Source: Octopus vulgaris
Lineage: Eukaryota
Assembly: GCA_951406725.2 (NCBI GenBank)
Contig: OX597823.1
Span: 35,030,001-35,094,000, forward strand
Length of the DNA: 64,000 nt
Direction of reading: 5' to 3'
The notes beneath the pieces are model-generated. The model did not search any database. It was not told the DNA's origin and saw nothing but the letters and a program-made list of their open reading frames with translations. Below, piece after piece: positions 41,953 through 54,789 of the stretch (its first letter is position 1; each line of letters starts with the position of its first letter). The position numbers and the translations under genes were made by a program.

Positions 41953-42533
41953 ACCCATATTCTCATGATTGTTACTTTCGACTTTCTATTGATTTGCGTT
42001 TGTATTTGTAAAATGTCTTAACGTTACCTAAAACTGTATTTATAGCAGAATTCTCCCTGGCGTCCAGGTGTATTTCATGCAAAACTGGTTCTTTCTAAGG
42101 ATACTTTGGTTTGGCTATGTCTAATTTTATTGAAGTTGGCACTGTCATGCTTTTATGTAAAAATGTTAGGCACGCACTTTATCTCGGCACTACTAGCGAA
42201 CAGTGCGCACTGGCTAGTCGTAAGTAGTCGGTCCTACAACGACTTGCGCGTATACATGTTTGTATTTCAACGCTGAATACATATCAGAAAATTGTTTTTT
42301 TAATATTTTTCAAACAAAGTAAATAATTAAAAAAAAAGTTTTTTAACCCTAAACGTAACCTTAGTTGTTTATAAAAAATAATTTATTTACTTAGTTAAAA
42401 AACTTATTTACTTTGTTCAAAATTTGTGTAAAAAAAATGAGGGATTCAGCCTGTTTCTAACACCACCTTAACAACTCTTCTTTTAGGCACATTCTATAGC
42501 ACCCTCGTCCTACAAGGTCTTTGGGTCAATGTA

Positions 42534-43085
42534 TCACCCGGGAACAATAGAAAAATTAACCAGCCTGGTGTGGGGAATATACATGCACGCTGGCGACCCT
42601 GTGGGTGGGGAGGAGACTTTCGGAAAATTCACATGATCCGGGGATATATATTGATTCTTCTCTAAGGAATCCCGTGTTTTTGGTTACGGAGGATCCGATT
42701 CTGAAAAAGCATTTTCAAAATTTCAACCCCACCCATCACTTCATTTTTCACTTTATCCGGATTTTTTAAAAAATATTTTGCGAAATACGTAGAAAATGAA
42801 TTATTTGCAATATTTCAAGAAAAAAGAGTATATATACCCTCAGGCCTTCAAGCAGACTGCTCACTTGCTAGAAATAACAGCTAAATTTCACAAAACTGCG
42901 GTAACATAAATGAAATTTCGAAAATGCGATTTTTGAAAATTTTTTCGGAATCGGATCCTCCGTAACCAAAGACGTGGGATTCCGTAGCAAAAAAAGGGTC
43001 GTCAGCGCGTATATTTGTTTTCATATTCGTTTTCCACACACTTGTTAGCACCCCCAGGCTGGTTTAATTTTTTTTCCTGGGTGAG
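42534..43085. mobile_element. MITE-like element with long imperfect inverted arms
   Basis: TCACCCGGGAA..AAAAATTAACCAGCCTGG pairs with CCAGGCTGGTTTAATTTTTTTTCCTGGGTGA; inner TTTGGTTACGGAGGATCCGATTC pairs with GAATCGGATCCTCCGTAACCAAA. Confidence 0.65.
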
Positions 43086-43815
43086 GATCTTTATATCAAC
43101 TGATCTTTGAGGTTTGCAACAACCTCATCAATTTTACTGCAATCAAATATTGCAGTATTCTCTTAAATAGAATTTCCTGATAACACCATTATGGCTCATA
43201 TACAATATATGCAAAATTTTGTTTTGTAACATCGTATAGAGACAAAATCACACGTTAGCACACCAGGCGAAATGATTAGCAACATTTTATCCATCTTAAC
43301 GTTTTGAACTCAACCGAGGTCGACTTTAGTATTCATCCTTTCAAGGTCGATGTGATCGATGAGCCCCCTTCCTACAAAATTTCAGGCCTTGTGAAAAAAA
43401 AAAAATGATATTTCTAACAAGCTATTAATTTTTGGATATAGGATCCACAGTAGCCGACTGGTAGGCTAAGTCGATTTAAAACGATGTAACTAATGGCTGC
43501 ATTTTAAACTCTTGATAGTTTGGGTGTAAAATTTATGAGCAACTGGTACATTTTAAGATTTGAATTCCTTTCACTTGCTTTTGTTTACCATTTCCGGGGC
43601 TACAAGTTGATGCAACAGATGACGATTATTTTAATTTGGCGCCTTGTGATTTCATTGGTTAAAATTTAAAAGTCTAGTGACATGGATGCCTAATTAGCAA
43701 CTACTGCGTCATGGAGCCGACTAAAGCTTATTTAAAGGTAAAGTAAATATAACCAGCTTAATTTGCTGTTCGCTGCATAATCTACAACCAATTTGAATAA
43801 ATTTTAATAAACTGA

Positions 43816-43890
43816 CCGTGGTAAAAGAGGTAAAGTAAAGGGAAAGAGCAAGACCCGCTCATCCCGTGCCGGTCTTCAGTTCCCCGTCGG
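43816..43890 (+). pseudogene. H2A: Truncated solo histone H2A fragment
   Basis: CGTGGTAAAAGAGGTAAAGTAAAGGGAAAGAGCAAGACC...TTCCCCGTCGG; the ATG is lost, and the sequence then jumps to the equivalent of ~60420 (~670-bp deletion relative to the intact copy at 59667). Confidence 0.9.
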
Positions 43891-46104
43891 GGATTGTTAT
43901 TTTTTCTTTATATGCATGTAATAAGTGGAAACCCGATTCAGTGGACTTGATTTGGTAGCAATTTAAATTTTGAGTAGGTGTTCAAAAATAATACATTACA
44001 TACTATCAGCTTCTTTTGTCAGTTTGAATATTATTTGCGTATAAAATGGGACCGTTATTTGAAAAGTTGATTCTGATCGTCAACGCAAACATTGTACACG
44101 TTTTCATTATAATTAAGTCTACTGTCCATTGAACCTGCTAGAAATAGCAGTCAAAATCAACTCATCTAAAGAAAAAATTCCCCTAACAACTGATTCGTCA
44201 AAGCAAATCATATCCCGCTCCGAAAGAGAAAATCTTAGCCTACTAACGAAACGTTTTAGAAATAAACGTTTATTTAAATATCCAAGTGTACTTTAACCTC
44301 AACATAGCTTTTAAATTTAAATAGGAGCAGGCATGGCTGTGAGTTAAAAAGCTTGCTTTTCAACCACATGTGTCTGGCACCTTGGGCAAGTGTCTTCTAT
44401 ATCCCTTGAGTGGATTTGGTAGACGGAAACTGATAGAAACCCGTCGTATATGTGTCTGTTCCCCGCCACCATCGCTTAGCAGCCGATATTAGTGTTTACG
44501 TCCCCCGTTCGGCAAAAGTTGACGATAGAATAAGTACCAGGCTTACATTGAAAGTCCTGGGGTCAATTTCTTTGAGGTAGTGCTCTAGGATGGCCGCAGT
44601 CAAATAATAAGTAAAAGAATAAATATAAGAAACGGTTTTAAAGTTTTTTGAAGATAAAGTAAACTATTAGGCATTTAAATACTTATTTTCTAAAATGGAA
44701 ACGTTTCATTAATAGCCAAAGATGTTCTCTTTCGGGGCGGGATACTATTTGCTCTGAAGAATCGCCTATTAGAAGTGAATATTTTCTTTTTCTTTAGATA
44801 GGTGATATTGACAGCGATTTTTATCAGATTCAGGACTGCAGATTTGATTAATTGAAATGAAAATTTAAGTACATGTACCGTATTTCTATATGGTAATATT
44901 GCGTTGACGGTCAGAAAAATTTTCAAATAACGGTCCCCTTTTATACACAAGCAATTCATTTACAAATTTTATCAGACCAACTGTTTTCAAACTGACAAAA
45001 AAATTAAAAAACGTACGTAACGGGAAAATGACAGGAACAGAACGATGTACGGTTATAATTTTATTAAACTGAGTTTTGACAACCACTACGCAAACAATGC
45101 TCAATTCAAAGAGTACTACACGGTGACTGAGTACTACAGTATGTATATTAGGGAGTAATATTTATGTAACCTCTTCACTAATGTTCAGTGGACAGTAGAC
45201 TTAAGAGAAAGAAAAAAAAAAAACTAAGATTGTAATGGGAAAATGGAAACGGGTTGTTTAATAGAACTTTTACAAAATGCTTATCCTGGTCTTTTCCATC
45301 CCCAATAAGGTCGGTTATGCGGGGGAATCCTGCCTTACGCACGGCATTTATAAACCTATTTTTGAGAGGATTCAAGATTGAAAAAAATAAACTTTAAAAT
45401 CAATTTACGAAGTCTGGATTAGGGGCATTTTAAAAGTCCGAATTGTTTGCTTAAATCCCAGCAATGTGTTGAAAGATTGAAACAAATAAGAGTATGAGAC
45501 ATGCTAAAAATAACAGCTAAAAACCCTTAAATAGTGCAAATTTTATTTTGGTCCTTGCATCGTATGAATTCCTGCGTCGAATACACATTCGCAAAACTTT
45601 TTGAAAATTCCAAATTGAGGGGTTATATGCAGTGCATAAAGCAAGATTCAGTCCGAATTTCTAATTCAGTTAAGATACGCAAGATATTTCAAATACAGAG
45701 TTAACTTCTAAAAACCTTTTTCTTTATACATAGACGTAACGAAAGAAACTGAAATATTGAAATTTGCCCATTAAAATCTAAACGTACGACTTCGTGATAA
45801 CATCAAAATATCGCGCTCCAGTGTAAGACAAGAACTAAGGAACTTCTCTAATACACATATAAAAAGCAGTTACATCCACAAAATGAATGTTAATCAAAAC
45901 GATCTTAAGACGACTACATACGTGTACCTAAGAGGATTGACCATCACCGTTCGGGTTCCATTCGTTTATGCAAGGTAATACATTAAGTGTAAAGACAGCA
46001 GAAACCTGAAAAAATGTAACTAAGCGAAAAGCATATCAACCGAGGGGACTTTCGATATAGTATAGGGGCCCTAAAAAGCGCCATTCTACAGTGCTAAAGG
46101 CAAC

Positions 46105-46487
46105 TTAAGCTCTCTCGCCACGGATACGACGGGCAAGCTGGTATCTTCGAACGACGGGCAAGTTGGTATCTTCGAAAAGACCAACCAAGTAACTTCACTA
46201 GCTTCTTGAAGAGCCATCACAGCAGAACTCTGGAAACGAAGATCAGTCTTGAAGTCCTGAGCGATTTCACGAACAAGTCTCTGGAAAGGAAGCTTCCTGA
46301 TGAGAAGTTCGGTGGATTTTTGGTAACGTCTGATTTCACGAAGAGCAACGGTACCAGGCCTGTAACGATGAGGTTTTTTCACACCGCCAGTAGCTGGGGC
46401 ACTTTTCCTGGCTGCCTTGGTAGCCAGTTGCTTACGTGGAGCCTTTCCACTGGTGGATTTACGAGCAGCTTGCTTAGTACGAGCCAT
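46105..46487 (-). pseudogene. H3: Histone H3 pseudogene
   Basis: 383 nt: a 52-nt deletion, a 25-nt tandem duplication (46126-46175), a 1-nt deletion, substitutions ([10 protein letters not shown]) and a mutated stem-loop (GGCGCTTTTTAGGGCC, 46067-46082). Confidence 0.92.
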
Positions 46488-46514
46488 CACGATATGTCAG
46501 CGAACGCAGAATGA

Positions 46515-49500
46515 ATAAATTTCTTTATTACCCATAAGGGTTTACACAGATGGGGACAATACAATGATTTGGGGTCATGTGGATGAAATGGAATTATTTA
46601 CAGTGAAATCGAATGAATTATTTACAATGAAATCGAATGAGTTACAAGAACAAACGAACAAAAAGGGACATATGAAGTCAAAAGAACAGGATAGCCGATC
46701 CCACGAGCCCTGTTATTTTAACTGAAACCTTTGGTAAGTGATCATGACGTGTTCATGCAAGGCCTTTCACACCTAGCATCCGTGCAACACGCATCCATCT
46801 TCTTTTGAATACGCGCTCTGACAGACACATTTTCTCCAGCCCCACCTTTCTTTTCAGATGGAACTTGAAAAAGTTCGTTAGGGCGGTGCCAGAGATCATG
46901 GTGTCTGTCATTATACCTTTCACTCTAGTCTTCCATATAACCCCTTTCGCAACTGCTACTATCACGAGAAAGCAATGCTTACCTTCGTTCGTCATGAAAC
47001 CAGGCGACGACAGCTGTACTCTTCTTCCGTCCGACTATAGGTGTTCGGCATAAGCCCACACGTCCGAAATATCCGGACACTGAACAATAGCGTGCAGGAT
47101 TGTTTCCACATCTCTCTCCCGCATCTTGGATAGACCGATGGTCCTTGTGAGTTTATCTCGAACGGGTAAGGCTCCTCTGTAACATTGCCAGGCCAAGGAC
47201 TTCTGAAAATTATCCAGTGTACCTGGTCGGAATGTCCTTTGAAACAGGCTGTTAACTGATTACCATCGAGACCCAGGGTCCTTCCCAGGGTATCGTCATT
47301 TCCGGCCTCTACCAACCTGCTATAGAACGCTGCGGTGGTACCAAAGCCAGCGGCATTGCCCGAGCTGCGGAAGCGTAAGAGAGCCCTACGGCACTCCGAA
47401 TACCACATACTCGATCTTAGTCTGCAACGGAACCAGGTTTCTCTACCACCAAAACTGGCTAAGCTGGGGAACATCTGTTTTGCGAGCGGGGACGACACCC
47501 GTTCACCTTCCAGGTAGAGCCAAAGATGCCTCAACCTCAAGCATGCTTGCGCATCAACAGCCAAAGTATCTTTAACCCACCCTTTAACGGCTTTTGACAA
47601 CAAATCGAACGTCTCACAAGAGGAGTGGAACCCTTCCACAAAAAGCGAAAGATTTGCCTCTCCATCTTGCTCAACCACGAATCCGGACAAGGGACGACGG
47701 TTAGGCGGTATATGATGACCGATGCCATGAACACATTGGCCACCTCCGCCCTCCCTTTCAAGGATAGCCACCGCCAAGACCAAGTCTTGACCACGTGAGC
47801 CACCTTGCTCGCGACCTCAAACCAATTCTTTTTTATCTGGAGACCTGGACCAAACCAGATCCTTAGCAATTTGACCGGGCCCTCCGTCCAGCATCCCATG
47901 ATGCTATTCGAAGGCATCGACTTGCCAACCCAGGTGCAGAGTTGCAAGCCGACTGACTTTTCCCGGTTGATTTTTGCTCCTGTCACCGTCTCGTACTCCT
48001 TGATGTTGTCTCCTACATTCTGTAGGTGTTCCACCTTGGTCACGATGTTGGCGATGTCGTCCGCATATGCTGTAACAGATCCTCCTCCTCCTGGATTCGT
48101 CGGGATGACGCTCTTCTTTCGCAGTAACGGCTCGAGAGCCATCACGTATAAAAGTTGGGAGAGCGGACACCCTTGACGAACTGACCGTTTGATGCGGAAC
48201 AGCCTAGAAAGTAAACCGTTCACCCGAACGATCGAGTCGATGCTGTCGTACAACTGTATAATCCACCTGAGGAAACCAATACCCAGCCCGAACTGTGCGA
48301 GCACAGACACCAAGTAACGATGGTGCACCTTATCGAAAGCTTTACTCTGGTCTCAATGGACCAGTGCCCCACCCTTGCCAGAGTTATTCCCGAACCCTTC
48401 TACGGTGTAACGTATAAGGTGAAGATTATCCTGAATAGTTCTTCTGGGGACTGCACAAGTCTGTGCCTCCCCGATCAGACCATCCGCGACATGCGTCAAC
48501 CTTTTCGCTAACACCTTGGCCAAAATCTTCACCTCTGCGTTCAGCAGAGTGATGGGCCTAAAGTTATCTATTCTATCCCCCTTGCCCGGGTCTTTCCTGA
48601 TCAGCGTCACCACTCCCCGGCATACAGACCTGGGAATCCTCCCATACTGATTCCAGTTCGTGAAAACGCTGGCCAGTATTGGCCCGAACAAGTCTGGCAT
48701 ACTTTTATATATTTCGGAGGGTAAACCATCGAGTCCCGGCGCCTTACCTCTGCCGCAGTCGGCTATGGCCTCAGTCACCTCCTCAGGCGTGATTGACCCT
48801 TCACAACTCTCCACATCCCGCTCCGAGAGGCGCGGCAGCCCGGCGAGGAAGTCCGTAAGGTCTCCCCTCTCATCCGGTCCACCTTCACCCCCGAAAATCT
48901 GGGCGAAGTGCTCCTGAAAAGTCCGACACATCTCCTCGGGTTCGTTTACCACATCGCCCTTCTCGTTCGTCATAGACTTAATTGTGGAATCGTTTCCGCG
49001 TTGAGCCTCCACAACTCGTGCCCATCCAGCGGCCTTAATTCCCTCGCACCCCATTGCACGAACTCTAGCTCTGACGATACAACCCATGTGCTTGGCTTCG
49101 AGGTGCTGGTTTAATTCCAGTCTCTTCGCCCTCACCTGAGTCCCGTCGCCAGATCTAAGGGCTTCATCTCGGGCCTTAACTAGCCCCTCTTCTTTCTTAC
49201 GCCTTTTATTTGCTAGTCCTATACTATATCTAATGGACTCGTATTTTATGGCTCTTTTGAGCGCTAACCACCATTTGTTGTTAAGAATGGAACCGGTTAA
49301 CGCCCTCTGAATTAGTAACCGTAATCCGGCTTCTGTACTCCTCAATCGCCAAAAGGGACTTATTGAGTTTCCAGTAACCGGATCCTTTTCTGCATAACTT
49401 ATCTAGGTACAGCTTACCAGTGATCATCTTGTGATCACTGTAACTGACCAAGTGAAACTGTGGGCACTTAACTATGCCTTTATCTAGTTCTCTAATAAAA

Positions 49501-49545
49501 ATCCTGTCTATGTAAGATTTGGAAGACCCGTCACTATATCGTGTA
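46515..49545 (-). mobile_element. 5'-truncated Tx1/L1-clade non-LTR retrotransposon (ORF2: APE endonuclease C-terminus, RT, CCHC finger), inactivated
   Basis: SYIDRIF..SDHKM (APE), GSGYWKLNKSLL, KAPGLDGLP, NFRPITLLNAEVKILAKVLAKRL, DQSKAFDKV, VRQGCPLS, AYADD and ETILHA. There is an in-frame TGA at 48353-48355 plus frameshifts. The ORF ends at 46753, and AATAAA lies at 46524-46529 (-). Confidence 0.92.
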
Positions 49546-49561
49546 TGTTTAAGAAATGGTT

Positions 49562-49564
<3 letters not shown>

Positions 49565-49606
<42 letters not shown>
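49565..49606. repeat. (TA)n microsatellite
   Basis: Direct reading. Confidence 0.95.
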
Positions 49607-49611
<5 letters not shown>

Positions 49612-50184
49612 AGTAGAGAATGAGACATCGTTCATCTGTCTCCCCACCACGCCTCCATCAACACAAAAATTTTGGGGGGCGCGAACGAGTTGTTTTTTTT
49701 TTTTTCGTAAAACACTTGATTGAACTAGCTAGTTTAAAGTGTATTTTGTTGAGAATGGATCCATGTTTTTGACAGCAAAGAGGTAAGTAAATTTTTACGT
49801 GTCTACATACACATGCACGCTATTGGAAAGACTTCCTCCCAAATTTTTTTTTGGTTCGGAGTTGGTCTGGAATGGAGGGACCCCACTCCTTCCAGAATTT
49901 TCGCCAAGGAAAATTTTTTTTTTTTAATTCGTCACAGTGTACAAAGTGAGTTGTGATTACCAACGTAGTGTTGTGGTATGAATGCATGCGTATAGTAATT
50001 GTGTCTGTGTGTCCGACAGAAGATACAGATAAAGGTGCATGCGAATACAACAGAAATACAGGTAAAATTACAGAGCATAAGAGAAGTCTCAGCATAGACA
50101 GGTAAAAATTCAGACAAACTGCTACTTACCTCTTACTGTCAAAAAATGGATTAATTCTCAGCAAAACATACTGTTATGCTAGAC

Positions 50185-50381
50185 CAATGGTTTTCAACCA
50201 GGGTTCCGCGGAACCTTAGGGTTCCGCCAGAAGTTGCAAAACTGCTAAAATCGGCAGTAATTATTAAGTCACCTGTGCAGATATGTGTGCATAAGACTAT
50301 TAAATTATTGCACAGGGGTTCCTCGAGCCAGTGGAATGTTTCCTTGGGGTTCCACTCCAGCAAAAAGTTTGAAAAGCACTG
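50185..50381. mobile_element. hAT (Charlie-like) MITE with 8-bp TSD
   Basis: Ends CAATGGTTTTCAACC...GTTTGAAAAGCACTG; TGCTAGAC is duplicated at 50177-50184 and 50382-50389. Confidence 0.85.
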
Positions 50382-50504
50382 TGCTAGACCAACGTTTTAC
50401 GAAAAAAACAAAAATAAAAATCTTTCGCGCGCAAAGTAATTTTTGTGTGTGGTGGTGAGAATGTTGTTTCTCTAGAGAAGTGATTTAAAATGAACATATC
50501 TTTG

Positions 50505-50507
<3 letters not shown>

Positions 50508-50576
<69 letters not shown>
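50508..50576. repeat. (GA)n microsatellite
   Basis: Direct reading. Confidence 0.95.
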
Positions 50577-50580
<4 letters not shown>

Positions 50581-50823
50581 CAAGCTGCATTATCTACCGG
50601 TAAACTTTTGCAAAATTAAAAATATTTTTTTATGTACGTGGGAAAATACAGAGATTAAGAATATGGAATTTTTTTAGCGACAGAAGGTACAAATAAAGGT
50701 GCATGCGAATACAACAGAAATACAGGTAAAATTACAGAGCATAAAAGAAGTCTTAGAATATTGACTTACTACAGAGTTAGTTACCAGTTCATGTGGTACA
50801 CGATAAGTTCTATAACGGTAAAA

Positions 50824-51741
50824 TTACAGAGAAACATATAATTTGGCAGCCTGTCGAAAGAATTTGTGGAGTAGCAAAAATGTATTACTCTCCGAGGAGA
50901 TAAATAAATATCTAGACAGATATTGATCTAAATATTCCGGCTTCATGCCTGGTCGCCGAATCCATTCTTTTACATCTCTCCACAAACGTTCAATGTTTTG
51001 TGTGTCGGATGTACAAAGTTTTCAGAATGGTTTATCACGTAATGGTGGTAACCCAAACTGCTTAGATCTTTGTAGGCAGCCCAAGAATCGCTGTAAATAA
51101 TTGAGCCAGGTTTGATATGTTTTTGGATTAGAGGAACCAGTGTCGCTTTGTCACGCTTCTTATTAATAAGAGGCACAAGAAAACGACGCTTACTGACTGG
51201 TTCGCTCTATTCCACCAAACAACCAAACTTGGCTCAAATGTCGACTCCTCCCGTATTTACGATGAACAATCAAAGTCTCATCAATTTCAACTTCGATTGA
51301 TTCGCCGCCGATCGCTTCCTGAGATTGAAGCCAATTTTCCGTGACTTCGGAACAAAATGATCTCCAGTCTACACTAGTTGCTGGACTCAATTCCAGGTTT
51401 TCTACGACTCTTTTATGCTGCCATGCACCAAGCAGAAACTCATTCACAAAGATAACAAGCTTCCATGGACGAATGCGTGCATTATCAAGAAAGGTCCCAT
51501 GAAAGTCTGATATCGAATAGCCACATTGACGCCGCTTCTTCGATTTTGCGATAGTAAAACTTTTCCTACATCTCCAAATATGCTGGTCTTCTCTGTATAC
51601 ACATTTGCTTCCACATCGAGGACATGTTACAGAAGTTGGTAGGACACCATGATTCCGAAGGAATTCTGTAGCTTTTCCGTCTTCCTGAATAAAGTTACGG
51701 ATGCAAATATAATATTTGAATTCGCAAGAAGCACAAGACAT
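50824..51741 (-). mobile_element. Merlin / IS1595 (ISXO2-like) DDE transposase pseudogene
   Basis: N-terminal zinc ribbon (CPRC...WRC...C), VEIDET..RKYGR...VWLFGGIER, RDKATLVPLIQKHIKPGSIIYSDSWAAY, VINHSENFV, QNIERLW...YLSRYLF; frameshifts near 51190 and 51000; ATG at 51741, stop at 50824. Confidence 0.9.
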
Positions 51742-51752
51742 CTTTACTTTGA

Positions 51753-52347
51753 TACGACCGATCAGCAAATGTCGCGTTCTTATTTTTGTTTCTGATCTCT
51801 CTCTCTCTGAAAGTCCCTTGATAGATAGATAGTGTAGCGAAGGTGAAAAAAAAAAACGAGAAAATGCTATGACCCACTTCCGTTGGCTGGGAAAAGAACT
51901 AATGGGTCTTATCTTGACACCGGTAAGAGAAATTAATGAGGGTAGGAAGAACCTCTGACCCTTACACGGTCAAGGAAAGTTGAGAAAAAAATAAATCTGC
52001 CACCCCTTTAAAATGCGGCGAGCTGGTGTTAGTAGATCAGGGACAGCAATGTTGAAGTGTAAAAGAAGGGGGAACTGTAAGATGTGTTTCTAAAAGGAAA
52101 AGAAAGAAAAGAGAAAAGAACATTGTCAGAAAAAAATAAGGAAAAGAAAGAGACTATTTGTTCTGATTGTTTTCGGACGTTGTGTTTTGTTTAAATGCAT
52201 TGATTGTTTTTTTGGTAACTTTTGTTTTTGTTTTTTCTTAAAACGCTGGCATGAAGCTGTAAAACTTTGAGAAAGAGAGGGGGCAGAGAGAATGTTGAGA
52301 GAGATCAGAAACAAAAATTAGAACGCGACATTTGCTGACCTGTCGTA
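51753..52347. repeat. ~50-bp inverted repeats bounding ~600 bp immediately upstream of the transposase
   Basis: TACGACCGATCAGCAAATGTCGCGTTCTTATTTTTGTTTCTGATCTCTCTC (51753-51803) versus GAGAGAGATCAGAAACAAAAATTAGAACGCGACATTTGCTGACCTGTCGTA (52297-52347). Confidence 0.8.
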
Positions 52348-54145
52348 ATTGCTTAATTGCAATTCCAGGGGTGCTAATGTAGATCTGCACCTCACCTAGA
52401 AAAAATGCATTTTTCTGAAAGAGTTTATTTAGAGTCCTAGGTTTTATATGTCAGAATAAACTTTTTCAGAAAAATACATTTCTGAAGGGGAGGTGTGAAT
52501 TTGCATTAGCCCCATTCCTAAATCTTTTAGTGGGTGCATCAAATAGCTTTTCTGTCATCCTCAAAAACTTCACGGATGCGAAAATGAAGGACATATATAA
52601 CAGGTATGTAGAACATATATTTCTGTACTTTCTGTTTATTCGTATAAATCATTGAAATTGTTGTGCGCGCGCACACAGACACGAATACACCAAATATACA
52701 CAATTTCTATATATATTTAATAACGAACCATGTAATTCACACCCAGGAAATTTTATTTCTGTAAAATGTTGGGAGTGGGTGAAACATCCGAGGCTTTCCA
52801 CCTCACCCCACTCAATTTTTCGAACCGCAAAAAGGGTTTTCTACCTTGTTGAGATGGGTTATGTTAGCATGTCACAGGAATTCATTCAACGGGAAAAAAA
52901 AATCCAATTCGCGACCCCCCTTTCCAAACCAAAATAAGGGATTTGCAGCATATTAGGGTAAGGAGGTCAGAGTACATGATTCAACGCAAAAAATCCGAAT
53001 TTTAAAATAAATATTTTTCCTTAGTGAAAATTGTGCCCTCCCTTCCGAACCAAAATATGGGATTTACCGCATATTACGAGGTCAGGGTACTTGATTCCAC
53101 GCAAAAAATCTGAGTTTTTTTTTTTTTTTTTGTGAAAATTCGGGGGGAGGGGGGTTGTGCGCTCCCTTCCGGACCAAAATATGAGATTTGCAGCATATTA
53201 GGAGGTCGGGGTACTTGATTCCACGCAAAAAATCCGATTTTTTTTGTGTGCTTTTTTTTAGTGAAAATCGTGCGGGTGTTACTGTTATTTTACCGATCTT
53301 TTTTATTAATGGTCTTGCTTAAACCAGAATTCCGCCTATGAAGTCTACAAAATGGCTATTATTTTAACAATAATTTTACTAGTGATGCTATAAAAGGAGG
53401 TTGTTGATTTATTCTCATAAAAGGTAGGGTTTTTCAGTTGCGCAACAAACATCATTCACTCCAGCAACGCGGTGTTACGTTAGGAACTCGTTGAGGGGGC
53501 GAGCCTTCTAGTATTCATCTCGAGAAGAAAACAGCAGCAGGAGGCGGCTGTAATAATTCAGCGGAGTTTGTTTTGACTGGAAATGATTTAAGGCAGTTTT
53601 ATGATTTTAAAAAGAAGCAGTGAACAGCCTTTTCGGTATAAAAAAATAAAATATGGTCTCTAGCACATCGCACGACCACCTGATACCTTCCTCGTTATTT
53701 CTCACTGTAGCTTTCCAATATCTTAAAATTTACAACCCGCTCCTTCGTCGCTGCGGGTTGTCGAACATATGCAAATTGAAATTAAACAGACAAAAAACAA
53801 AGGATCTGCATCTCACTAGTTTGCCTCAATTTCAAATTATCTCATTTATTTACTTATACCCTATTTCTCTACTTGGAACCCATCTTCTAAAGTGAATCCG
53901 AAGGAAAACAAAAGTATCGAAAACGCAGGAGTGACACTTGAAAACTTGGGGGAAGGGTAGATTGAGGTGGACAATATAAATTTGGGGAATAAAAAAAGCT
54001 TTAAAACTTGGGGAGATGAATTAGAAAGGATTTAAAAGACAAAAATCGCAAACAAGAAGTCGAAAGAAAACAATACGCAAAGTGTGAGAGGCCCTGAAAA
54101 GGACCGTTGATACGACAAAGCACAAATGCCTCAGTAATAAGTAAT

Positions 54146-54523
54146 TTACTTGGCTGCCTTCTGAGTCTTCTTGGGGAGAAGGACAGCTTGGATGTTGGGA
54201 AGAACACCACCCTGGGCGATGGTCACTCCAGACAAAAGTTTGTTCAATTCTTCGTCGTTACGGATGGCCAACTGCAAGTGACGGGGAATAATTCTTGATT
54301 TCTTGTTGTCTCTGGCAGCATTTCCTGCCAATTCCAACACCTCAGCAGCCAAATATTCCATCACAGCGGCCAAGTAGACTGGGGCTCCGGCACCAACACG
54401 TTGAGCATAGTTTCCCTTACGGAGAAGACGATGGATACGACCGACGGGAAACTGAAGCCCGGCGCGGGATGAGCGGGTCTTGCTCTTTCCCTTTACTTTA
54501 CCTCCTTTACCACGTCCAGACAT
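54146..54523 (-). CDS. H2A: Histone H2A (second paired copy)
   Basis: Same protein as 40889-41266; stem-loop at 54090-54105. Confidence 0.98.
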   Translation of the reverse strand: MSGRGKGGKVKGKSKTRSSRAGLQFPVGRIHRLLRKGNYAQRVGAGAPVYLAAVMEYLAAEVLELAGNAARDNKKSRIIPRHLQLAIRNDEELNKLLSGVTIAQGGVLPNIQAVLLPKKTQKAAK

Positions 54524-54789
54524 ATTCAAAGATTGACAGCAGCTTTCAGCAAAATACTCCAAATAATATTTCTTTGAGCTTCTTTTGCCTTTAAATACAA
54601 GTTAGGAGGCTCCAGCAGTCAGAAGCTGCTAAGCGAAAACGAGCGCGGGATCATGTCACGTGATTAGGCTGCTGTCAAAATCCACCAATGAAATTGAAAG
54701 GCGCGCAATGTCAGCTAGTTGCTCCGCTGAGCCTACTTGTCCCTTATAAATAGAGTAGGCAAGCAGTTGGACAGTACGTAACTGACATT

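Noticed and set aside
50824-51741. Bacterial IS1595 contamination or recent horizontal transfer
   Set aside because: Merlin is the known eukaryotic relative of IS1595/IS1016, and the ORF is embedded among host microsatellites and MITEs.
52920-53275. Regularly spaced ~50-bp repeats with variable spacers, superficially CRISPR-like (also 2890-3370)
   Set aside because: The context is eukaryotic, the units are degenerate with related spacers, and there are no cas genes. They are transposon subrepeats.
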